Source: Polyangiaceae bacterium (GTDB lineage Bacteria; Myxococcota_A; Polyangia; Polyangiales; Polyangiaceae). From it: 64,000 bases of DNA. The stretch lies in contig JBILLK010000010.1 in NCBI GenBank assembly GCA_044376115.1, positions 32,001-96,000 of the forward strand, read 5' to 3'. Shown piece after piece: positions 1 through 9,042 of the stretch (the stretch's first letter is position 1; each line of letters begins with the position of its first letter). Below the pieces are notes generated by a model. That model saw nothing but the letters and a program-made list of their open reading frames with translations. It was not told the origin of the DNA and ran no database searches. A program made the translations under genes and the position numbers.

Positions 1-44
1 GCGGCTTCCACTGGAAACCTTCGGTCACGGCGCCGTTCGTTCAT
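1..44 (-). CDS. 5' end of a probable PilZ-domain protein running off the left edge of the window
   Basis: Reverse strand reads ATG at 44, then MNERRRDRRFPVEA. The RxxxR motif is typical of a PilZ N-terminus. Only 14 codons are visible. Confidence 0.35.
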   Translation of the reverse strand, partial: MNERRRDRRFPVEA

Positions 45-343
45 CGAGTCCCCGAGACTTCAGCACGTTCTGAGCTTTCTGCCTACCTCAAGGTGCGAAG
101 CCAACCATCAGAAAAAAAACCTCCTGCGATGAATGGCCTGCATTCAACTGCGTCCAACCCTCGCCTGCGCTCCGGCCCAATCGGCAGCAACCGCAAAGCT
201 CGGAGGCCCAGGCGATTCAGCGGAGATCCGGCTGGATCGATTGGCCCTCACCTTTCCTATCAGGCGCATCCTCAATTCCCCGCGATCGGCTATACAATCC
301 GCGCGGCACACAGCTTGCGATAAACCACCGCTAAGGAGTGACT

Positions 344-757
344 ATGAAGATCGGTTTCGCGTTTGCAGCTCTCGGCCTCGGCGCCTTTGCCACCACCGCA
401 GCCCTCTCCCTGACCGCCACGGCGGAAGAGCCGCTCGAGAAGCGGGTGGTCGTTGAAGCCAAGCTGGACGCCAAGGCTGGTAAGGCCTCCATCGTGCTGA
501 AGGGCATTGATGGCGCCTACATCAACAAAGATTTCCCGATCAAGTGCGACGTCACCATCGCCGAGGGCGGAAAGCTCGAGAAGGCCCAGCTGACCAAGGC
601 TGACGCCAAGTTTGAGGACGCAGGCAAAGAAGGCAAAGCCAAGAGCGCCTCCTTCAGCGTCGGTGCCGACAAGTCGATCTCGGGTGAATGCAAGCTGGTC
701 GCATGCAGTGACTCGTCCTGCTCGTCGCCCTTCAAGCTCCCGTTCAAGTCCAACTGA
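344..757 (+). CDS. Secreted hypothetical protein
   Basis: AAGGAG RBS before ATG 344, N-terminal signal peptide, Lys-rich mature part with Cys residues. Confidence 0.75.
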   Translation: MKIGFAFAALGLGAFATTAALSLTATAEEPLEKRVVVEAKLDAKAGKASIVLKGIDGAYINKDFPIKCDVTIAEGGKLEKAQLTKADAKFEDAGKEGKAKSASFSVGADKSISGECKLVACSDSSCSSPFKLPFKSN

Positions 758-847
758 GCCAAGCGGCTTCTTCGCTGGCGGGCCTCTCGCTAGCTCGTCT
801 GAAAACAGCAGCCTCGCCCCGCGAAGCTGCTGTTCTCGCGTTTGTCG

Positions 848-1855
848 TCAGAGACCGAACCAAGGGGATGCCGCAACAGCACGCCCCTCTTTGCGAAGCT
901 CGAAGGTGAGCACGGCTTCGCCACCGACCTCCACCACCGGGCCAAGTGCGGAGCCAGTCTGAACGCTCTCGCCGACCTTGACCTCACTCGCTTGCATGTT
1001 GCTGTACACGGTGAAGTAGCGCTCGCCGTGGTCCAGGATGATCGCGAGCCGGTCCCACTCGTCACGATCGACGAAGACGACGCGCCCATTGGCCACCGCG
1101 CGCGCCGTGGCGCCACGCGCCGAATGCAGCTCCACCGCGGTCCCCGGACCAGAGCTCCCCTCGACCACGCGCACCTCAGTGCGGCCAGCCAGCGGCATCG
1201 GTAGAGTTCCGTGGAGCGACGCAAATACGCCGGTCGGAGCCTCGCCAGGCGAAACCTCGCGGCCGTACACCGTCACGGCCTCAGGCGGCGACATCGACGA
1301 ACCGAACGCGCGATCGAAAGCAGCTCGGCGTTCATCGGCCTGACGGAGGTAGGCCTTAGCGCTGTCCCACGCCTTCTTCTGAGCCGCGAGCGGCGCGCGG
1401 TCGGCGTCGATCGCGTGGAGCCGCAGTTCGATCTCGTCGCGGCGTTTGCGCAGTTGTTTGACGAGCTCGAGGTCACGCCGAATCGAAAGGTGATTGCGCT
1501 CTACGCGCGCCGCGTGGTCGACGAGTTCGTCGAAGCCGCCGCCGACCGGGAGCATGCCAGCCCTCAGCTGCTTGTAGTAGGTGCGCCCGCGTGCGTTTAC
1601 GCGGGCCTCAGCGGCGGCCAGCGTGGAGGCGATATCGGTGGTTTCGCTCTCGAGCTCGGCCTTCTCGGTGAGCAGCGCCTTGAGGGCGATCTCAACGTCG
1701 GTGGGCGACAGCGTGCGCGGCTTGGCCTTCGCTGCGGGCTTATTGCGCTGACTCAGCGCATCGAGCGGCCCGGTGGGCGTGCCATTGACGGCTAACGCTG
1801 CGCCCGATCCGAGCAGACAGAGGAGAGCGATTGGCGCGATGAGTCTCCTTCGCAT
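848..1855 (-). CDS. envC: Murein hydrolase activator EnvC-like protein (coiled coil + degenerate M23 domain)
   Basis: Signal peptide, long coiled coil, C-terminal LytM-like domain lacking the HxxxD/HxH Zn ligands (LTFELR). Immediately downstream of ftsX. Confidence 0.8.
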   Translation of the reverse strand: MRRRLIAPIALLCLLGSGAALAVNGTPTGPLDALSQRNKPAAKAKPRTLSPTDVEIALKALLTEKAELESETTDIASTLAAAEARVNARGRTYYKQLRAGMLPVGGGFDELVDHAARVERNHLSIRRDLELVKQLRKRRDEIELRLHAIDADRAPLAAQKKAWDSAKAYLRQADERRAAFDRAFGSSMSPPEAVTVYGREVSPGEAPTGVFASLHGTLPMPLAGRTEVRVVEGSSGPGTAVELHSARGATARAVANGRVVFVDRDEWDRLAIILDHGERYFTVYSNMQASEVKVGESVQTGSALGPVVEVGGEAVLTFELRKEGRAVAASPWFGL

Positions 1856-2749
1856 TTAGACCGTCGCGATCTTTCGCAGGCTGAAGAAGGCCGTCGTGCC
1901 TCCGAGGAACGCACCGAGCGCGATCATCGCCAAGGCCACCGGCAGCGGGAGGAAGGTGGGCATCAAGCCTGTGAGGTTGGAGAGCTGCTGATCGAAGCGG
2001 TCCTTCACGATCAGGAACAACACGAACAACACAGCGATCGCCAACCCCGCGCCCATCGCGCCTTGCGTTGCGCCCTCGACCACGAACGGCGTGCGCACGA
2101 AGTTGTCGGTGGCACCCACCAAACGCAGGACCTCCACCTCGATTTTGCGCCGCTGCAGCAGCAGGCGCATCGTTGACCCGACCACGCTGACCACCGCACC
2201 GAGCACGATCACGGCCAGGAACAGCGCCGCTGTGACTCCGCCGCCGAGCAGCGCAGACAACCGATCGGTCCACTTTTCATAGGTCTCCACCGTATCGACG
2301 GCCGGCAGCGCCCGTAGCTTGAGGGCAATGGTCTGCAGCTGGTCGTCGGTGATCGAGTCATTGAAGGCGATCTCGAGCGAGCCGGGGAAGGCCTCGACCG
2401 GCAGCGCCGCGAGCGACTCATCCGAGCTGATCACCTCTTTGCGCGCTTCTTCGGCGGTTACCCGGCGAACCCGCGAAACACCCTCGGTCTGGGAGAGCGC
2501 TTGCGAGAGCGCCGCGACCTCCGGCTCTTTTGCGGAGTCTTTGAGGTAGATGGTCGCACGCCCAGCGCGTGACCAGCGGTCCCGCAAGGCCTCGACGTTG
2601 GTCACCACCAAGATCGCCGCTGCGAGGCAGATAAAGGCCACGGAGAGCGAGAACACGCTCAGAGCCTGCAACCGCCAATCGCGTCGGCCTGCTCGCCAGG
2701 TGCCGAATATGCCGCGCGACACCGAGCTATTCGAGTTCTCTAGGTCCAT
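1856..2749 (-). CDS. ftsX: Cell division permease FtsX
   Basis: Four TM segments with a periplasmic loop after TM1, EVEVLRLVGATDNFVRTPFVVEG motif, follows ftsE. Confidence 0.9.
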   Translation of the reverse strand: MDLENSNSSVSRGIFGTWRAGRRDWRLQALSVFSLSVAFICLAAAILVVTNVEALRDRWSRAGRATIYLKDSAKEPEVAALSQALSQTEGVSRVRRVTAEEARKEVISSDESLAALPVEAFPGSLEIAFNDSITDDQLQTIALKLRALPAVDTVETYEKWTDRLSALLGGGVTAALFLAVIVLGAVVSVVGSTMRLLLQRRKIEVEVLRLVGATDNFVRTPFVVEGATQGAMGAGLAIAVLFVLFLIVKDRFDQQLSNLTGLMPTFLPLPVALAMIALGAFLGGTTAFFSLRKIATV

Positions 2750-2757
2750 GGTGCTCC

Positions 2758-3573
2758 TCAAGCCGCTTCTTCTTCGAGGTCGAAGTCTTCGTCGCCGCCG
2801 TCGTCTTCGGTGTGCTCCTGGAGCCCCGCCGGAACATCGGTGGCCTTGCCTTCATCGAGGATGACGACGCGTCGCGGTCGTACATCGAGCAAGGAGCGAT
2901 CGTGCGTGGCAAACAGCACCGTCGTCCCGGTCTCGTGGATGTCCTCGAACAAGCCGAGGATGTCGATCGCCAGCTGCGGATCGAGGTTGCCAGTGGGCTC
3001 ATCAGCTAGAATCAGCGCCGGCTCGTGCACCAACGACCGAGCAACCGCGACGCGTTGCTGCTCTCCACCCGAGAGGACGCGCGCTGCGTCACCACCTCGT
3101 CCAGCGAGCCCCACGCGCTCGAGCGCTTCGCCAACGCGCGTACGAATCAAGCGTTTGGCGATCCCCATCACCTCGAGGGCGATGGCCACGTTGTCGTAGA
3201 CGCTCCAATCGGGCACCAGCCGAAAATCCTGAAAGACGACGCCGATGTTGCGACGAAGCGCCGGGATGGCAGAGGACGAAAGGCGTGAGACGTCACGTCC
3301 CAAGAACAGGATCCGGCCGTCATCGAGCTGCTCGGTGCGATGAATGAGACGAAGCAAGGTGCTTTTGCCGGAGCCCGACGGCCCCGTCACAAACACGAAC
3401 TCCCCTCGCTCGATCACCAGCGACATTCCGCGCAAAACCGGCTGGTCTGGGCGGTAGGACTTGAAGACCTCCTCAAAAACGAGAATCGGTCTCGAGGCCG
3501 CCGAAGGGTCGTAACGGTGGCCGGCTCGTAGAGCCTGATTACGAAACGAACTCTGCTGACTCGAAGCGCCCAT
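2758..3573 (-). CDS. ftsE: Cell division ATP-binding protein FtsE
   Basis: Walker A GPSGSGKST, LRRNIGVVFQDFRL, LSGGEQQRVA, LADEPTGNLD. Start uncertain (3573 or 3591). Confidence 0.92.
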   Translation of the reverse strand: MGASSQQSSFRNQALRAGHRYDPSAASRPILVFEEVFKSYRPDQPVLRGMSLVIERGEFVFVTGPSGSGKSTLLRLIHRTEQLDDGRILFLGRDVSRLSSSAIPALRRNIGVVFQDFRLVPDWSVYDNVAIALEVMGIAKRLIRTRVGEALERVGLAGRGGDAARVLSGGEQQRVAVARSLVHEPALILADEPTGNLDPQLAIDILGLFEDIHETGTTVLFATHDRSLLDVRPRRVVILDEGKATDVPAGLQEHTEDDGGDEDFDLEEEAA

Positions 3574-3640
3574 CCCGAGCGCGAATAGCAAGTCGCACGA
3601 ACAAGGAAAACTTTTCGGCGCCGCGTGTAGAGTCTGGCCC

Positions 3641-4516
3641 GTGAGAATCGCGTTCCTGGGATTGCCGCTCGGCGCGTGTTTGTTGCACCACGACGGTCAC
3701 GAGATCGTGCTTTGCGGGCTGAGCCGAATCGACTCACCGGGGGTGCGCCGCATCCAGCGCTTGCTGGGCGACAAGGTGCTGCTCAAGCCGCGACTCGAGA
3801 AGCACTTCATCGCTCGTTTGCGCGCAGCAAGACCGGACCTCGTGGTGAGCTGGTTCTGGACCAACCGCATTCCCACCGCGGTGATCGAGGTGGCGCCGCT
3901 TGGCGGCTTTGGCGTGCACCCGTCGCTCCTTCCGCGACACCGCGGCCCCGATCCGACGACCTGGGCGCTCCTTTCGGGCGACCGAGAGACCGGGGTTACC
4001 GCGCATCGCCTGGCCGCCGAGTACGACACCGGCGCCATTCTCGCCAGCGAATCGCTGAACATCGACCCGCGCTGGAACAGCTGGGAACTTGCGCGAGCCC
4101 TCGACCGCCCGAGCCTGCGGGTGTTGCGCGCCGTTACGCGCCGCTTTGCGCTTGGGGACCCGCCGGAAGAGCTGCAACAGGATGAGGCCCAGGCAACCAG
4201 CGCGCCTTTCCTCTCGGACGAGGAGGCCGTTTTGCACTGGACCGAAAGCGTCGAGCAAATCACCCGGCTCGTGAGGGCCTTGGCACCTTCTCCTGGTGCA
4301 AGAATGGAGATCGCTGGAGAGGAACTCGCGGTGCTGGAGGTCGAGCCGCTGCCACTCCCCAGTTACCTCGAGCAACCAGGCGAGATGGTGCTCGAGCAGG
4401 GGCGCCCGCGTATTGCCTGTCGAGACGGCAGCGTTCGGGTGCTCCGCGCTGAATGGGGTGGTGAAGAGGTGAGCCCCGAGCAATTCAAGCGGCTGTTCAG
4501 TGGACAGAGCGGCTGA
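3641..4516 (+). CDS. Formyltransferase (methionyl-tRNA formyltransferase family)
   Basis: HPSLLPRHRGPDP and ETGVTAH...YDTG motifs plus a formyl_trans_C-like tail. Confidence 0.85.
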   Translation: MRIAFLGLPLGACLLHHDGHEIVLCGLSRIDSPGVRRIQRLLGDKVLLKPRLEKHFIARLRAARPDLVVSWFWTNRIPTAVIEVAPLGGFGVHPSLLPRHRGPDPTTWALLSGDRETGVTAHRLAAEYDTGAILASESLNIDPRWNSWELARALDRPSLRVLRAVTRRFALGDPPEELQQDEAQATSAPFLSDEEAVLHWTESVEQITRLVRALAPSPGARMEIAGEELAVLEVEPLPLPSYLEQPGEMVLEQGRPRIACRDGSVRVLRAEWGGEEVSPEQFKRLFSGQSG

Positions 4517-4681
4517 CTGACTCCGGCCAAGTCGAACCAGGGACGAATGATCGCAGCGCTTACGCCTTGAGACGATGGATCCGCTTGTCTTGCCGTGTCC
4601 CTGTCCTACCACCCCAACGCATTCGGTACGGGTTCTAGCGAGCGTGATAACCTCCGGCCTCCCCAACCTGGGAGGACTGCT

Positions 4682-5962
4682 TTGTCGACCCCTGATGTAT
4701 TGGCAAAGGCCGCACGTGAGCGATTGGCCGTTGCACTAAACGCGCTTCAAACCAGCACCGATCCGCCCGTGGAGTTGCTTGAGCTCGCGGAGCCCATCGC
4801 CCAAACCATGGGCATCCTGCATCGCATCGAGCGATCCAAAGGGCAGGATTTGGCCGGCCGCGAGTCGATCGTCGTCAACATCCGCAAAGCCCTGGATGTG
4901 CTGCAGAACTTGACGGTCAGCCACGAAGCGGTGGACGCCGTGATGGAGCAGGTGGCGGGCTGTCTTTCGAGCGCCCATCAGCTGAGTCGCTTGCCGGCCC
5001 CAAGCGGCGCTGGCGCTGCAGCTGCGCCCGCACAACCCGCTGCCGCTGCGGCCGCCGCAGCACCCGTGGCGCAGTTGGTGGCCAACATCCCACCGCCACA
5101 GCCGGTCGCTACCGCGCCCGCGTTTCAGCCTGCAGCAGCGCCCGCTGCGGTTCCAGCCGTGGCCCCGGCGGTCAGCAAAGGGCCGCCGGGCGCAGGGCAA
5201 ACCGTGCGCCTCGACGCTGGCCCCGCGATTCAGCAGGCCGCTCAACAAGCGCAGCTCGCAGCTCAACAACAAGCCGCTCAACAGGCTCAGCTCGTCGCGC
5301 AGCAACATGCGGCGCAACAGGCGCAGCTCGCAGCTCAACAACAAGCCGCCCAACTCGCAGCCCAACAGCAAGCCGCGCAGCTCGCGGCCCAACAACAAGC
5401 CGCCCAGCAGGCGCAGCTCGCAGCTCAGCAACAAGCCGCTCAGCAGGCTCAGCTCGCAGCTCAGCAACAAGCCGCTCAGCAGGCTCAGCTTGCAGCTCAG
5501 CAACAGGCTCAGCTCGCGGCTCAACAACAAGCCGCTCAACAGGCGCAGCTCGCAGCTCAGCAACAAGCCGCGCAGCCTGCTCAAGCAACGCCGGTCATGT
5601 CCAAGGCACCAGCCCCGGCTGCGCGTCCTTCACAAACGGGCAACGTCGTGGTCGGGCTCGGCGCACACTCGGTGTCCAACTTCTACAAGGGCCTCGGTGG
5701 TAACGACGTGATCGAGTACGGCGGGCTGTTCGTCAGCACCTACCAGATCCCCAAGATCGGCACGCCGGTGAACCTTCACGTCAAGCTGCCTGGAGACCTT
5801 GAGTTCCAAGCCTCCGGCGTGGTGCAGTGGATTCGCGAGGCCTCGGGAGAAGGCGTGGATCCAGGCTTTGGTGCGCGGTTCACCCAGATCACCCCGGAAG
5901 GCCGCCAGCTCGTTTACCGATACACGCGGAACCGCGAGCCCATCCTTTACGACGACCTGTGA
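4682..5962 (+). CDS. Ala/Gln-repeat protein with C-terminal myxobacterial PilZ-like (TIGR02266-like) domain
   Basis: GGAGGA RBS before TTG 4682. C-terminus SNFYKG...GGLFVST...GVVQW...PGFGARF...REPILYD. Confidence 0.75.
   Translation: MSTPDVLAKAARERLAVALNALQTSTDPPVELLELAEPIAQTMGILHRIERSKGQDLAGRESIVVNIRKALDVLQNLTVSHEAVDAVMEQVAGCLSSAHQLSRLPAPSGAGAAAAPAQPAAAAAAAAPVAQLVANIPPPQPVATAPAFQPAAAPAAVPAVAPAVSKGPPGAGQTVRLDAGPAIQQAAQQAQLAAQQQAAQQAQLVAQQHAAQQAQLAAQQQAAQLAAQQQAAQLAAQQQAAQQAQLAAQQQAAQQAQLAAQQQAAQQAQLAAQQQAQLAAQQQAAQQAQLAAQQQAAQPAQATPVMSKAPAPAARPSQTGNVVVGLGAHSVSNFYKGLGGNDVIEYGGLFVSTYQIPKIGTPVNLHVKLPGDLEFQASGVVQWIREASGEGVDPGFGARFTQITPEGRQLVYRYTRNREPILYDDL
5231..5575 (+). repeat. Intragenic imperfect tandem repeat encoding QQAAQQAQLAAQ units (36-nt and shorter variants)
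   Basis: Recurrent gcagctcgcagctcarcaacaagccgct units, about 10 copies. Confidence 0.9.
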
Positions 5963-5969
5963 GCGGCCT

Positions 5970-8900
5970 GTGAGCGGCCTGCGAGCCCGCCGAAGCAAGC
6001 GACCGTACGCGGCGTTCTTCCGCGAGGTTCTTCACGGCGCCCTGCTCGTGCTCGTGGCGTTGGTTGCGTGGGGTCCGCCTCACGCAGCCTTCGCCACAGA
6101 CGATCCGTGGCTCGACTATTGGACGCTCGAGTCCGAGCACTTTCGCGTTACGTACCCACACAACCTCGAGCGCCAAGCCCATCGGGTCTTGACGCTCTCG
6201 GAGAGCATCTACGAGCGGCTTACGCCCTCGATGCAGTACGCCCCCGACAGCAAGACTGAAGTCTTGCTGACCGACGATACCGACAGCGCCAACGGCTCCG
6301 CCACGCCTGTTCCCTACGACGCAGTTCGGCTGTTCGTGACCGCGCCAGACGACGTCTCGAATCTGGGCGACTACGACGACTGGCTGCTGGCGCTGATGAC
6401 GCACGAGTACACGCACATCCTCCACACCGGGAACATCAGCGGTGGAGCGGCGATCGTCAATCGCGTGATCGGTAGAACCCTCTCGCCCAATTCGGCGCAA
6501 CCTCGCTGGGTGATCGAGGGACTGGCTGTGGTTTACGAGAGCCAGTTTACGAGCGGTGGGCGCATTCGCTCCTCGCTGTTCGACACCTACTTACGAGCCG
6601 ACGTGCTCGAAGACAACTTCGCGCGGCTCGACCAGATCTCGAGCGGAGCCGACCGCTGGCCGTACGGAAACATCCACTACCTTTACGGCAGTCGCTTCAT
6701 CCGCTGGCTCACCGAGGTCTACGGACTCGACATCTACTCAGCCATCTCGGCCGACTACGGCGCAGCCTCGATCCCGCTGGCGATCAATCGCGCCATTCGG
6801 CGAGTGACCGGCGTGACCTACGAAGAGTTGTACGACGCATGGCGGCTGCACCTTGAGGCGCACTTCAAGAAAATGGTGGAAGAGGTGGATGCTCGCGGTC
6901 GACGCGAAGGCAAGCGGCTCACCTTCCTCGGCGGCGAAGCGGCCTACCCGCGCTTCGTTCCCAGTGTTGCCAAGGCCGATAAAGCCGCGCAAGAGCTCGT
7001 CTACTACCGCGACGATCTCAACACCCCGCGCGGGCTGCATCGGCTGACCTTGCGTGGAGCCGGCGTCGACGAAGACGAACCGCAAGACGAGCTGTTCATC
7101 CGCACCAACGGGGATTCGGTGGCCAGCTTCACCCGCGAAGGCGACGTGCTGTTCGCCGATACCGCGGTTTGGAGGAATCTCTACAATCGACGCGACCTCT
7201 TCTCGCTGCCAGTGGGGGAAAGCTCCGAGCTCGGCTTCGACTTCGCGCGCAAGCGCCTAACGGAGGGGCTGCGCGCCTCCTACGTGGACGTGAGCCCCAG
7301 CGGCCGCGAGGTGGTGTTCTCGGTCAACTCGCGCGGAACCGGGACCTTGACGATCGCCGAACGAAGCGCGGAAGGACGACTCGGAACACCGCGAGCCTTG
7401 CTGCGCGGGGAGGAGTACGACCAAGCCTACACGCCTCGTTTTTCACCGGACGGAACGTCGGTGGTCTACAGCGCTTGGAGCAAAGGTGGCTTTCGCGACC
7501 TGCGCCTCGTCAACGTCAAAGACGGTAGCTTCATCGATCTGACGCGCGATCGATCGCTCGACGTGCAGCCCTGCTGGTCGGCCGACGGCAAGACGATCTA
7601 CTTCGCGTCCGACCGCACCGGGGTCTTCAACATCTACGCGATGGATGTCGCGACTCGTGCGACCAAGATGGTCACCAACGTCGTCAACGCCGCGCTGGGG
7701 CCGGCAGTGAGTGAAGACGGTAAGACGCTCGTCTACGTTGGCTACACGAAGGCTGGGTACGACCTCTTTTCGATGGAGCTCGACGAGAGCCAATTCCTCG
7801 ACGCACCCTCGGGCGAAATCGCGAGGCCACAGCCCTACGCTGAGCCGCCGCCCGTTTCGGTCAGCAAGCAGCGTTACAACCCGCTCGTAACGCTGCGGCC
7901 TCGCAGCTACTTCCTCGACATTGGCCCGGGGAATTACGGCTCCACCGCGGTCACCTTCTCGGCCAGCGGCTCCGACTTGGTTGGACGTCATTCGCTGTCA
8001 GCGGCCGTGCGCTTCGATCCGGGCGCCCCCGAGCCACGCATGTCGCTCGCCTATACTTACGGCGGGCTACCGGTGGATCTCGGCCTGCGGCTGACGCGAG
8101 CGACCGTACCGCGCGAATCGGGCTTCAGTTTGGGCGCCGGTGAGCTGCCCTACAACGAGACCAGCACCAACGTGAGCACCAGCGTCTCGTTGCCGATTCG
8201 CAACCCGTTCGCCTCACAGTTCGTGTCGCTCTCGTATACCGCTGCGCTCTATCACCAGAACCTCACCACCACGACCACCCTCGATCCGTTTGGGCCCCGC
8301 CCACAAAAGCCTGAGGGCGGCTTCCTGAGTCAGATCGGCGTGAGCTACTCGCTTTCGACCTCGCAGTTCTCGGAGAACACGGCAGGCGGTGGGCGCTCGG
8401 GCTTCGACCTCAACGTTGGGCTCAGCCTGGCCGACGAGAACACCGGTAGTACCTCCTCGCTCTACGAGTTTGATGCGTCGATGTCGGGCTACATACCGAT
8501 GCCGTGGCCCGGCTATCACACGCTCGCGTTGCGCGCTGCCGCCGGGGTCAGCGGTGGGGACTACCCGCGACGCGGTCGTTACTTCGTCGGTGGCTACGAC
8601 CTCGTCAATAACGGCCCGCTCGATACGCTGGTCAGCGGTATCTACGACGGCGCCTTCGTCTTGCGCGGCTACGACGCAGGAGCCTCCAACGGAACCGCCT
8701 ACTTCCTCTCCACCGCCGAGTACCGCGCGCCGATCTTCACCCCCAATTGGGGGCCTTCCACCTTGCCGATCTTCCTGCGGCAAGTCGATGCGTCGGTGTT
8801 TGCAGATTGGGGCGGTGCGTTCGACAAGTTCGACTTCGAAGCGGTGCGCTTCTTCCACAACAGTCATCCCATCGACGCCAAAGAGCTGAAGACCTCGATC

Positions 8901-9035
8901 GGCGGTGAGGTTTGGCTGACCACGGTGCTGGCCTATCGCATCCCGACCAATTTCCGCGTCGGCTATGCCTACGGCTTTGACCCGGGAGCGGTCCCCGGCG
9001 GCCAGCTCTACTTCCTGAGTACCAGCGCCTTCTGA
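5970..9035 (+). CDS. Outer-membrane protein: Zn-peptidase (HExxH) + TolB/PD40 beta-propeller + BamA/Omp85-like barrel
   Basis: Signal peptide, LMTHEYTH...WVIEGLA, PD40-like repeats (PRFSPDG, PCWSADG, PAVSEDG), LRGY motif, terminal Phe. In-frame GTG at 5970. Confidence 0.75.
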   Translation: MSGLRARRSKRPYAAFFREVLHGALLVLVALVAWGPPHAAFATDDPWLDYWTLESEHFRVTYPHNLERQAHRVLTLSESIYERLTPSMQYAPDSKTEVLLTDDTDSANGSATPVPYDAVRLFVTAPDDVSNLGDYDDWLLALMTHEYTHILHTGNISGGAAIVNRVIGRTLSPNSAQPRWVIEGLAVVYESQFTSGGRIRSSLFDTYLRADVLEDNFARLDQISSGADRWPYGNIHYLYGSRFIRWLTEVYGLDIYSAISADYGAASIPLAINRAIRRVTGVTYEELYDAWRLHLEAHFKKMVEEVDARGRREGKRLTFLGGEAAYPRFVPSVAKADKAAQELVYYRDDLNTPRGLHRLTLRGAGVDEDEPQDELFIRTNGDSVASFTREGDVLFADTAVWRNLYNRRDLFSLPVGESSELGFDFARKRLTEGLRASYVDVSPSGREVVFSVNSRGTGTLTIAERSAEGRLGTPRALLRGEEYDQAYTPRFSPDGTSVVYSAWSKGGFRDLRLVNVKDGSFIDLTRDRSLDVQPCWSADGKTIYFASDRTGVFNIYAMDVATRATKMVTNVVNAALGPAVSEDGKTLVYVGYTKAGYDLFSMELDESQFLDAPSGEIARPQPYAEPPPVSVSKQRYNPLVTLRPRSYFLDIGPGNYGSTAVTFSASGSDLVGRHSLSAAVRFDPGAPEPRMSLAYTYGGLPVDLGLRLTRATVPRESGFSLGAGELPYNETSTNVSTSVSLPIRNPFASQFVSLSYTAALYHQNLTTTTTLDPFGPRPQKPEGGFLSQIGVSYSLSTSQFSENTAGGGRSGFDLNVGLSLADENTGSTSSLYEFDASMSGYIPMPWPGYHTLALRAAAGVSGGDYPRRGRYFVGGYDLVNNGPLDTLVSGIYDGAFVLRGYDAGASNGTAYFLSTAEYRAPIFTPNWGPSTLPIFLRQVDASVFADWGGAFDKFDFEAVRFFHNSHPIDAKELKTSIGGEVWLTTVLAYRIPTNFRVGYAYGFDPGAVPGGQLYFLSTSAF

Positions 9036-9042
9036 ATCACCG

